Source: Bugula neritina (taxonomy: Eukaryota; Animalia; Bryozoa). From it: a stretch of DNA of 64,000 nt. The position numbers were made by a program, and so were the translations under genes. The notes beneath the pieces were generated by a model that saw only the letters and a list, made by a program, of their open reading frames with translations, was not told the DNA's origin and did no database searches. Below, in pieces: positions 24,473 to 37,523 of the stretch. The stretch is from NCBI GenBank assembly GCA_964035545.1, contig CAXIUT010000073.1, positions 124,001 through 188,000 of the forward strand, read 5' to 3'. Numbering within the stretch: the stretch's first letter is position 1; each line of letters starts with the position of its first letter.

Positions 24473-27400
24473 GAGGTGTTTGCAGCACTTGTCCACTTTT
24501 GATTTACACGCGGCATGGAAACTTTTGTAGTTTTAAATAATATCTCCAAACTCATCACTTGCATGTGTTTAGATACTTGATAAAAATTTTTATGCAAAAC
24601 TTGATGCCTGCTTCAAAGACACCAGTGCTTAATTACTGTGTTAACTGTATTGGCGCGTTGCCATGAGATATTTGGTAATATTTCGCATCACAACAAACTC
24701 TTCAGAAAGTTAAGAAAATCAGTCTAGAAAGTTAATGAAATAAACCTATCCGAAAGAGTAAGCCAGATGTAACAAGTAGATCCAAAACAAGTTGATTAAC
24801 AATTGAAGTTGAAATCTCCATGTAGTCAACACTTTAGTCCTAATGTCAAATGCAAACGTCTGCAACCAAATTGTGTAGACTTCATGAGCTGGTTAGCTGA
24901 CAGGACTCATTAAAGTTCTTAGCTGTTGTGTGTATAGTGATGCCCATCTTGAACTAGAGAGGGCTGACGGAAGACTGCTACTTTGTGAAAATTGACAATG
25001 CATATTATTATTATTCATTGTTGAGATTCACGACTGCCATAAACAATGATAAAATATTCATTGTTGGTACTACTGAGTAGAATAAAATATAATATAATAT
25101 TATTCTCTGGACAGATAAACAATATCAAATGCATATTATAACATTACCATAAATCTACGGCGCTTCACATCTTCACTTTTTTCTGCAATGTTATTTCTTT
25201 GCAGTTAGAAGTACTAGCTGAATATATGACTATGAAACATAACCCTTCAATTTCATTGCACCAGCACCGATTTCAATATAGGTGTGTTGGGAGTTATCTT
25301 TCCTAAAGTTTTGTTCTTGGTGTTTATACGAAGCAGACACAGGCTAATATTAGTTTTGTTATTTGCAAGAGTTTTTCTGTCTGATTGTCCATCAGCAAAA
25401 GTTTGCGCCTTGCAGTTATTATGGAAATACCAGTGATGCTGGAAGACCTTTGCATTGTACACCCGCCTTTACTATTGAATTTAGATGTTTTATTTTCCCA
25501 TCCCCTCTCCTGCCCCCCTGTCCCCTCTAACAACCAGCAATCCTGACTCATGTGAAATGTGTTATTAAGTTTTAGAGTTGGACCATGGGCCTACAGTATA
25601 CGATTTGAAGCTTTATAGTTTACAGGCAGTGGAGATGAGTCACTGCTGAAACCCATTTTATTAGTAGACTATATTGCTCTTCAATCATCAGTTTGCATAT
25701 TAAAACAGAAAGCTCATCTGCAGCGCCATTTCACAGTGTTAAATTTTGCTAGAGTAAAAATTAATTTTAGATGCCTTTGCAAACATATGAGAAATAAATG
25801 AGTCATTTTATGAAAAGAGGTGTTTGCAGCAGTTGTCCACTTTTGATTTAGACGCGTCATGGAAACTTTTGTAGTTTTAAATAATATCTCCAAACTCATC
25901 ACTTGCATGTGTTTATATACTTGATAAAGTTTTTCATGCAAAACTTGATGCCTGCTTCAAAGACACCAGTGCTTAAAACTGTGTTAACTGTATTGGCACG
26001 TTGCCATGAGATATTTGGTTATATTTAGCATCACAACAAACTCTTCAGAAAGTTAAGAAAATCAGTCTATAGAAAGTTAATGAAATAAACCTACCAGAGA
26101 GAGTAAGCCAGATGTAACAAGTAGATCCAAAACAAGTTGATTAACAATTGAAGTTGAATTCTCCATGTAGTGAATACTTTAGTCCTAATGTCAAATGCAA
26201 ACGTCTGCAACCAAATTGTGTAGACTTCATGAGCTGGTTAGCTGACAGGACTCATTAAAGTTCTTAACTGTTGTGTGTATAGTGATGCCCATCTTGAACT
26301 AGAGAGGGCTGACGGAAGACTGCTACTTTGTGAAAATTGACAATGCATATTATTATTATTCATTGTTGAGATTCACGACTGCCATAAACAATGATAAAAT
26401 ATTCATTGTTGGTACTACTGAGTAGAATAAAATATAATATAATATTATTCTCTGGACAGATAAACAATATCAAATGCATAATATAACATTACCATAAATC
26501 TACGGCGCTTCACATCTTCACCTTTTTCTGCAATGTTATTTCTTTGCAGTTAGAAGTACTAGCTGAATATATGACTATGAAACATAACCCTTCAATTTCA
26601 TTGCACCAGCACCGATTTCAATATAGGTGTGTTGGGAGTTATCTTTCCTAAAGTTTTGTTCTTGGTGTTTATACGAAGCAGACACAGGCTAATATTAGTT
26701 TTGTTATTTGCAAGAGTTTTTCTGTCTGATTGTCCATCAGCAAAAGTTTGCGCCTTGCAGTTATTATGGAAATACCAGTGATGCTGGAAGACCTTTGCAT
26801 TGTACACCCGCCTTTACTATTGAATTTAGATGTTTTATTTTCCCATCCCCTCTCCTGCCCCCCTGTCCCCTCTAACAACCAGCAATCCTGACTCATGTGA
26901 AATGTGTTATTAAGTTTTAGAGTTGGACCATGGGCCTACAGTATACGATTTGAAGCTTTATAGTTTACAGGCAGTGGAGATGAGTCACTGCTGAAACCCA
27001 TTTTATTAGTAGACTATATTGCTCTTCAATCATCAGTTTGCATATTAAAACAGAAAGCTCATCTGCAGCGCCATTTCACAGTGTTAAATTTTGCTAGAGT
27101 AAAAATTAATTTTAGATGCCTTTGCAAACATATGAGAAATAAATGAGTCATTTTATGAAAAGAGGTGTTTGCAGCAGTTGTCCACTTTTGATTTAGACGC
27201 GTCATGGAAACTTTTGTAGTTTTAAATAATATCTCCAAACTCATCACTTGCATGTGTTTATATACTTGATAAAGTTTTTCATGCAAAACTTGATGCCTGC
27301 TTCAAAGACACCAGTGCTTAAAACTGTGTTAACTGTATTGGCACGTTGCCATGAGATATTTGGTTATATTTAGCATCACAACAAACTCTTCAGAAAGTTA

Positions 27401-30400
27401 AGAAAATCAGTCTATAGAAAGTTAATGAAATAAACCTACCAGAGAGAGTAAGCCAGATGTAACAAGTAGATCCAAAACAAGTTGATTAACAATTGAAGTT
27501 GAATTCTCCATGTAGTGAATACTTTAGTCCTAATGTCAAATGCAAACGTCTGCAACCAAATTGTGTAGACTTCATGAGCTGGTTAGCTGACAGGACTCAT
27601 TAAAGTTCTTAACTGTTGTGTGTATAGTGATGCCCATCTTGAACTAGAGAGGGCTGACGGAAGACTGCTACTTTGTGAAAATTGACAATGCATATTATTA
27701 TTATTCATTGTTGAGATTCACGACTGCCATAAACAATGATAAAATATTCATTGTTGGTACTACTGAGTAGAATAAAATATAATATAATATTATTCTCTGG
27801 ACAGATAAACAATATCAAATGCATAATATAACATTACCATAAATCTACGGCGCTTCACATCTTCACCTTTTTCTGCAATGTTATTTCTTTGCAGTTAGAA
27901 GTACTAGCTGAATATATGACTATGAAACATAACCCTTCAATTTCATTGCACCAGCACCGATTTCAATATAGGTGTGTTGGGAGTTATCTTTCCTAAAGTT
28001 TTGTTCTTGGTGTTTATACGAAGCAGACACAGGCTAATATTAGTTTTGTTATTTGCAAGAGTTTTTCTGTCTGATTGTCCATCAGCAAAAGTTTGCGCCT
28101 TGCAGTTATTATGGAAATACCAGTGATGCTGGAAGACCTTTGCATTGTACACCCGCCTTTACTATTGAATTTAGATGTTTTATTTTCCCATCCCCTCTCC
28201 TGCCCCCCTGTCCCCTCTAACAACCAGCAATCCTGACTCATGTGAAATGTGTTATTTAGTTTTAGAGTTGGACCATGGGCCTACAGTATACGATTTGAAG
28301 CTTTATAGTTTACAGGCAGTGGAGATGAGTCACTGCTGAAACCCATTTTATTAGTAGACTATATTGCTCTTCAATCATCAGTTTGCATATTAAAACAGAA
28401 AGCTCATCTGCAGCGCCATTTCACAGTGTTAAATTTTGCTAGAGTAAAAATTAATTTTAGATGCCTTTGCAAACATATGAGAAATAAATGAGTCATTTTA
28501 TGAAAAGAGGTGTTTGCAGCAGTTGTCCACTTTTGATTTAGACGCGTCATGGAAACTTTTGTAGTTTTAAATAATATCTCCAAACTCATCACTTGCATGT
28601 CTTTATATACTTGATAAAGTTTTTCATGCAAAACTTGATGCCTGCTTCAAAGACACCAGTGCTTAAAACTGTGTTAACTGTATTGGCACGTTGCCATGAG
28701 ATATTTGGTTATATTTAGCATCACAACATACTCTTCAGAAAGTTAAGAAAATCAGTCTATAGAAAGTTAATGAAATAAACCTACCAGAGAGAGTAAGCCA
28801 GATGTAACAAGTAGATCCAAAACAAGTTGATTAACAATTGAAGTTGAATTCTCCATGTAGTGAATACTTTAGTCCTAATGTCAAATGCAAACGTCTGCAA
28901 CCAAATTGTGTAGACTTCATGAGCTGGTTAGCTGACAGGACTCATTAAAGTTCTTAACTGTTGTGTGTATAGTGATGCCCATCTTGAACTAGAGAGGGCT
29001 GACGGAAGACTGCTACTTTGTGAAAATTGACAATGCATATTATTATTATTCATTGTTGAGATTCACGACTGCCATAAACAATGATAAAATATTCATTGTT
29101 GGTACTACTGAGTAGAATAAAATATATTATAATATTATTCTCTGGACAGATAAACAATATCAAATGCATATTATAACATTACCATAAATCTACGGTGCTT
29201 CACATCTTCACTTTTTTCTGCAATGTTATTTCTTTGCAGTTAGAAGTACTAGCTGAATATATGACTATGAAACATAACCCTTCAATTTCATTGCACCAGC
29301 ACCGATTTCAATGTAGGTGTGTTGGGAGTTATCTTTCCTAAATTTTTGTTCTTGGCAATTATACGAAACAGACACAGGCTAATATTAGTTTTGTTATTTG
29401 CAAGAGTTTTTCTGTCTGATTGTCCATCAGCAAAAGTTTGCGCCTTCCCGTTATTATGGAAATTCCAGTGCTGCTGGAAGACCTTTGCATTGTACACCCG
29501 CCTTTACTATTGAATTTAGATGTTTTATTTTCCCATCCCCTCTCCTGCCCCCCTGTCCCCTCTAACAACCAGCAATCCTGACTCATGCGAAATGTGTTAT
29601 TGTTCTAGAGTTGGCCCATGGGCCTACAGTATACGATTTGAAGCTTTATAGTTTACAGGCAGTGGAGATGAGTCACTGCTGAAACCCATTTTATTAGTAG
29701 ACTATATTGCTCTTCAATCATCAGTTTTCATATTCAAAGAGAAAGCTCATCTGCAGCGCCATTTCACAGTGTTATATTTTGCTAGAGTAATAACTAATTT
29801 TAGATGCCTTTGCAAACATATGAGAAATAAATGAGTCATTTTATGAAAAGAGGTGTTTGCAGCAGTTGTCCACTTTTGATTTAGACGCGTCATGGAAACT
29901 TTTGTAGTTTTAAATAATATCTCCAAACTCATCACTTGCATGTGTTTATATACTTGATAAAGTTTTTCATGCAAAACTTGATGCCTGCTTCAAAGACACC
30001 AGTGCTTAAAACTGTGTTAACTGTATTGGCACGTTGCCATGAGATATTTGGTTATATTTAGCATCACAACATACTCTTCAGAAAGTTAAGAAAATCAGTC
30101 TATAGAAAGTTAATGAAATAAACCTACCAGAGAGAGTAAGCCAGATGTAACAAGTAGATCCAAAACAAGTTGATTAACAATTGAAGTTGAATTCTCCATG
30201 TAGTGAATACTTTAGTCCTAATGTCAAATGCAAACGTCTGCAACCAAATTGTGTAGACTTCATGAGCTGGTTAGCTGACAGGACTCATTAAAGTTCTTAG
30301 CTGTTGTGTGTATAGTGATGCCCATCTTGAACTAGAGAGGGCTGACGGAAGACTGCTACTTTGTGAAAATTGACAATGCATATTATTATTATTCATTGTT

Positions 30401-33400
30401 GAGATTCACGACTGCCATAAACAATGATAAAATATTCATTGTTGGTACTACTGAGTAGAATAAAATATAATATAATATTATTCTCTGGACAGATAAACAA
30501 TATCAAATGCATATTATAACATTACCATAAATCTACGGCGCTTCACATCTTCACTTTTTTCTGCAATGTTATTTCTTTGCAGTTAGAAGTACTAGCTGAA
30601 TATATGACTATGAAACATAACCCTTCAATTTCATTGCACCAGCACCGATTTCAATATAGGTGTGTTGGGAGTTATCTTTCCTAAAGTTTTGTTCTTGGTG
30701 TTTATACGAAGCAGACACAGGCTAATATTAGTTTTGTTATTTGCAAGAGTTTTTCTGTCTGATTGTCCATCAGCAAAAGTTTGCGCCTTGCAGTTATTAT
30801 GGAAATACCAGTGATGCTGGAAGACCTTTGCATTGTACACCCGCCTTTACTATTGAATTTAGATGTTTTATTTTCCCATCCCCTCTCCTGCCCCCCTGTC
30901 CCCTCTAACAACCAGCAATCCTGACTCATGTGAAATGTGTTATTTAGTTTTAGAGTTGGACCATGGGCCTACAGTATACGATTTGAAGCTTTATAGTTTA
31001 CAGGCAGTGGAGATGAGTCACTGCTGAAACCCATTTTATTAGTAGACTATATTGCTCTTCAATCATCAGTTTGCATATTAAAACAGAAAGCTCATCTGCA
31101 GCGCCATTTCACAGTGTTAAATTTTGCTAGAGTAAAAATTAATTTTAGATGCCTTTGCAAACATATGAGAAATAAATGAGTCATTTTATGAAAAGAGGTG
31201 TTTGCAGCAGTTGTCCACTTTTGATTTAGACGCGTCATGGAAACTTTTGTAGTTTTAAATAATACCTCCAAACTCATCACTTGCATGTGTTTATATACTT
31301 GATAAAGTTTTTCATGCAAAACTTGATGCCTGCTTCAAAGACACCAGTGCTTAAAACTGTGTTAACTGTATTGGCACGTTGCCATGAGATATTTGGTTAT
31401 ATTTAGCATCACAACATACTCTTCAGAAAGTTAAGAAAATCAGTCTATAGAAAGTTAATGAAATAAACCTACCAGAGAGAGTAAGCCAGATGTAACAAGT
31501 AGATCCAAAACAAGTTGATTAACAATTGAAGTTGAATTCTCCATGTAGTGAATACTTTAGTCCTAATGTCAAATGCAAACGTCTGCAACCAAATTGTGTA
31601 GACTTCATGAGCTGGTTAGCTGACAGGACTCATTAAAGTTCTTAACTGTTGTGTGTATAGTGATGCCCATCTTGAACTAGAGAGGGCTGACGGAAGACTG
31701 CTACTTTGTGAAAATTGACAATGCATATTATTATTATTCATTGTTGAGATTCACGACTGCCATAAACAATGATAAAATATTCATTGTTGGTACTACTGAG
31801 TAGAATAAAATATATTATAATATTATTCTCTGGACAGATAAACAATATCAAATGCATATTATAACATTACCATAAATCTACGGCGCTTCACATCTTCACT
31901 TTTTTCTGCAATGTTATTTCTTTGCAGTTAGAAGTACTAGCTGAATATATGACTATGAAACATAACCCTTCAATTTCATTGCACCAGCACCGATTTCAAT
32001 GTAGGTGTGTTGGGAGTTATCTTTCCTAAATTTTTGTTCTTGGCAATTATACGAAACAGACACAGGCTAATATTAGTTTTGTTATTTGCAAGAGTTTTTC
32101 TGTCTGATTGTCCATCAGCAAAAGTTTGCGCCTTCCCGTTATTATGGAAATTCCAGTGCTGCTGGAAGACCTTTGCATTGTACACCCGCCTTTACTATTG
32201 AATTTAGATGTTTTATTTTCCCATCCCCTCTCCTGCCCCCCTGTCCCCTCTAACAACCAGCAATCCTGACTCATGCGAAATGTGTTATTGTTCTAGAGTT
32301 GGCCCATGGGCCTACAGTATACGATTTGAAGCTTTATAGTTTACAGGCAGTGGAGATGAGTCACTGCTGAAACCCATTTGATTAGTAGACTATATTGCTC
32401 TTCAATCATCAGTTTTCATATTCAAAGAGAAAGCTCATCTGCAGCGCCATTTCACAGTGTTATATTTTGCTAGAGTAATAACTAATTTTAGATGCCTTTG
32501 CAAACATATGAGAAATAAATGAGTCATTTTATGAAAAGAGGTGTTTGCAGCAGTTGTCCACTTTTGATTTAGACGCGTCATGGAAACTTTTGTAGTTTTA
32601 AATAATATCTCCAAACTCATCACTTGCATGTGTTTATATACTTGATAAAGTTTTTCATGCAAAACTTGATGCCTGCTTCAAAGACACCAGTGCTTAAAAC
32701 TGTGTTAACTGTATTGGCACGTTGCCATGAGATATTTGGTTATATTTAGCATCACAACATACTCTTCAGAAAGTTAAGAAAATCAGTCTATAGAAAGTTA
32801 ATGAAATAAACCTACCAGAGAGAGTAAGCCAGATGTAACAAGTAGATCCAAAACAAGTTGATTAACAATTGAAGTTGAATTCTCCATGTAGTGAATACTT
32901 TAGTCCTAATGTCAAATGCAAACGTCTGCAACCAAATTGTGTAGACTTCATGAGCTGGTTAGCTGACAGGACTCATTAAAGTTCTTAGCTGTTGTGTGTA
33001 TAGTGATGCCCATCTTGAACTAGAGAGGGCTGACGGAAGACTGCTACTTTGTGAAAATTGACAATGCATATTATTATTATTCATTGTTGAGATTCACGAC
33101 TGCCATAAACAATGATAAAATATTCATTGTTGGTACTACTGAGTAGAATAAAATATAATATAATATTATTCTCTGGACAGATAAACAATATCAAATGCAT
33201 ATTATAACATTACCATAAATCTACGGCGCTTCACATCTTCACTTTTTTCTGCAATGTTATTTCTTTGCAGTTAGAAGTACTAGCTGAATATATGACTATG
33301 AAACATAACCCTTCAATTTCATTGCACCAGCACCGATTTCAATATAGGTGTGTTGGGAGTTATCTTTCCTAAAGTTTTGTTCTTGGTGTTTATACGAAGC

Positions 33401-36400
33401 AGACACAGGCTAATATTAGTTTTGTTATTTGCAAGAGTTTTTCTGTCTGATTGTCCATCAGCAAAAGTTTGCGCCTTGCAGTTATTATGGAAATACCAGT
33501 GATGCTGGAAGACCTTTGCATTGTACACCCGCCTTTACTATTGAATTTAGATGTTTTATTTTCCCATCCCCTCTCCTGCCCCCCTGTCCCCTCTAACAAC
33601 CAGCAATCCTGACTCATGTGAAATGTGTTATTAAGTTTTAGAGTTGGACCATGGGCCTACAGTATACGATTTGAAGCTTTATAGTTTACAGGCAGTGGAG
33701 ATGAGTCACTGCTGAAACCCATTTTATTAGTAGACTATATTGCTCTTCAATCATCAGTTTGCATATTAAAACAGAAAGCTCATCTGCAGCGCCATTTCAC
33801 AGTGTTAAATTTTGCTAGAGTAAAAATTAATTTTAGATGCCTTTGCAAACATATGAGAAATAAATGAGTCATTTTATGAAAAGAGGTGTTTGCAGCAGTT
33901 GTCCACTTTTGATTTAGACGCGTCATGGAAACTTTTGTAGTTTTAAATAATATCTCCAAACTCATCACTTGCATGTGTTTATATACTTGATAAAGTTTTT
34001 CATGCAAAACTTGATGCCTGCTTCAAAGACACCAGTGCTTAAAACTGTGTTAACTGTATTGGCACGTTGCCATGAGATATTTGGTTATATTTAGCATCAC
34101 AACAAACTCTTCAGAAAGTTAAGAAAATCAGTCTATAGAAAGTTAATGAAATAAACCTACCAGAGAGAGTAAGCCAGATGTAACAAGTAGATCCAAAACA
34201 AGTTGATTAACAATTGAAGTTGAATTCTCCATGTAGTGAATACTTTAGTCCTAATGTCAAATGCAAACGTCTGCAACCAAATTGTGTAGACTTCATGAGC
34301 TGGTTAGCTGACAGGACTCATTAAAGTTCTTAACTGTTGTGTGTATAGTGATGCCCATCTTGAACTAGAGAGGGCTGACGGAAGACTGCTACTTTGTGAA
34401 AATTGACAATGCATATTATTATTATTCATTGTTGAGATTCACGACTGCCATAAACAATGATAAAATATTCATTGTTGGTACTACTGAGTAGAATAAAATA
34501 TAATATAATATTATTCTCTGGACAGATAAACAATATCAAATGCATAATATAACATTACCATAAATCTACGGCGCTTCACATCTTCACCTTTTTCTGCAAT
34601 GTTATTTCTTTGCAGTTAGAAGTACTAGCTGAATATATGACTATGAAACATAACCCTTCAATTTCATTGCACCAGCACCGATTTCAATATAGGTGTGTTG
34701 GGAGTTATCTTTCCTAAAGTTTTGTTCTTGGTGTTTATACGAAGCAGACACAGGCTAATATTAGTTTTGTTATTTGCAAGAGTTTTTCTGTCTGATTGTC
34801 CATCAGCAAAAGTTTGCGCCTTGCAGTTATTATGGAAATACCAGTGATGCTGGAAGACCTTTGCATTGTACACCCGCCTTTACTATTGAATTTAGATGTT
34901 TTATTTTCCCATCCCCTCTCCTGCCCCCCTGTCCCCTCTAACAACCAGCAATCCTGACTCATGTGAAATGTGTTATTTAGTTTTAGAGTTGGACCATGGG
35001 CCTACAGTATACGATTTGAAGCTTTATAGTTTACAGGCAGTGGAGATGAGTCACTGCTGAAACCCATTTTATTAGTAGACTATATTGCTCTTCAATCATC
35101 AGTTTGCATATTAAAACAGAAAGCTCATCTGCAGCGCCATTTCACAGTGTTAAATTTTGCTAGAGTAAAAATTAATTTTAGATGCCTTTGCAAACATATG
35201 AGAAATAAATGAGTCATTTTATGAAAAGAGGTGTTTGCAGCAGTTGTCCACTTTTGATTTAGACGCGTCATGGAAACTTTTGTAGTTTTAAATAATATCT
35301 CCAAACTCATCACTTGCATGTCTTTATATACTTGATAAAGTTTTTCATGCAAAACTTGATGCCTGCTTCAAAGACACCAGTGCTTAAAACTGTGTTAACT
35401 GTATTGGCACGTTGCCATGAGATATTTGGTTATATTTAGCATCACAACATACTCTTCAGAAAGTTAAGAAAATCAGTCTATAGAAAGTTAATGAAATAAA
35501 CCTACCAGAGAGAGTAAGCCAGATGTAACAAGTAGATCCAAAACAAGTTGATTAACAATTGAAGTTGAATTCTCCATGTAGTGAATACTTTAGTCCTAAT
35601 GTCAAATGCAAACGTCTGCAACCAAATTGTGTAGACTTCATGAGCTGGTTAGCTGACAGGACTCATTAAAGTTCTTAACTGTTGTGTGTATAGTGATGCC
35701 CATCTTGAACTAGAGAGGGCTGACGGAAGACTGCTACTTTGTGAAAATTGACAATGCATATTATTATTATTCATTGTTGAGATTCACGACTGCCATAAAC
35801 AATGATAAAATATTCATTGTTGGTACTACTGAGTAGAATAAAATATATTATAATATTATTCTCTGGACAGATAAACAATATCAAATGCATATTATAACAT
35901 TACCATAAATCTACGGCGCTTCACATCTTCACTTTTTTCTGCAATGTTATTTCTTTGCAGTTAGAAGTACTAGCTGAATATATGACTATGAAACATAACC
36001 CTTCAATTTCATTGCACCAGCACCGATTTCAATGTAGGTGTGTTGGGAGTTATCTTTCCTAAATTTTTGTTCTTGGCAATTATACGAAACAGACACAGGC
36101 TAATATTAGTTTTGTTATTTGCAAGAGTTTTTCTGTCTGATTGTCCATCAGCAAAAGTTTGCGCCTTCCCGTTATTATGGAAATTCCAGTGCTGCTGGAA
36201 GACCTTTGCATTGTACACCCGCCTTTACTATTGAATTTAGATGTTTTATTTTCCCATCCCCTCTCCTGCCCCCCTGTCCCCTCTAACAACCAGCAATCCT
36301 GACTCATGCGAAATGTGTTATTGTTCTAGAGTTGGCCCATGGGCCTACAGTATACGATTTGAAGCTTTATAGTTTACAGGCAGTGGAGATGAGTCACTGC

Positions 36401-37523
36401 TGAAACCCATTTGATTAGTAGACTATATTGCTCTTCAATCATCAGTTTTCATATTCAAAGAGAAAGCTCATCTGCAGCGCCATTTCACAGTGTTATATTT
36501 TGCTAGAGTAATAACTAATTTTAGATGCCTTTGCAAACATATGAGAAATAAATGAGTCATTTTATGAAAAGAGGTGTTTGCAGCAGTTGTCCACTTTTGA
36601 TTTAGACGCGTCATGGAAACTTTTGTAGTTTTAAATAATATCTCCAAACTCATCACTTGCATGTGTTTATATACTTGATAAAGTTTTTCATGCAAAACTT
36701 GATGCCTGCTTCAAAGACACCAGTGCTTAAAACTGTGTTAACTGTATTGGCACGTTGCCATGAGATATTTGGTTATATTTAGCATCACAACATACTCTTC
36801 AGAAAGTTAAGAAAATCAGTCTATAGAAAGTTAATGAAATAAACCTACCAGAGAGAGTAAGCCAGATGTAACAAGTAGATCCAAAACAAGTTGATTAACA
36901 ATTGAAGTTGAATTCTCCATGTAGTGAATACTTTAGTCCTAATGTCAAATGCAAACGTCTGCAACCAAATTGTGTAGACTTCATGAGCTGGTTAGCTGAC
37001 AGGACTCATTAAAGTTCTTAGCTGTTGTGTGTATAGTGATGCCCATCTTGAACTAGAGAGGGCTGACGGAAGACTGCTACTTTGTGAAAATTGACAATGC
37101 ATATTATTATTATTCATTGTTGAGATTCACGACTGCCATAAACAATGATAAAATATTCATTGTTGGTACTACTGAGTAGAATAAAATATAATATAATATT
37201 ATTCTCTGGACAGATAAACAATATCAAATGCATATTATAACATTACCATAAATCTACGGCGCTTCACATCTTCACTTTTTTCTGCAATGTTATTTCTTTG
37301 CAGTTAGAAGTACTAGCTGAATATATGACTATGAAACATAACCCTTCAATTTCATTGCACCAGCACCGATTTCAATGTAGGTGTGTTGGGAGTTATCTTT
37401 CCTAAATTTTTGTTCTTGGCAATTATACGAAACAGACACAGGCTAATATTAGTTTTGTTATTTGCAAGAGTTTTTCTGTCTGATTGTCCATCAGCAAAAG
37501 TTTGCGCCTTCCCGTTATTATGG
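24473..37523. repeat. Copy 2 of the ~13 kb block duplication
   Basis: See copy 1. It begins with the same old-type segment (ORF ends 7124 and 24597, offset 17473). Confidence 0.88.
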
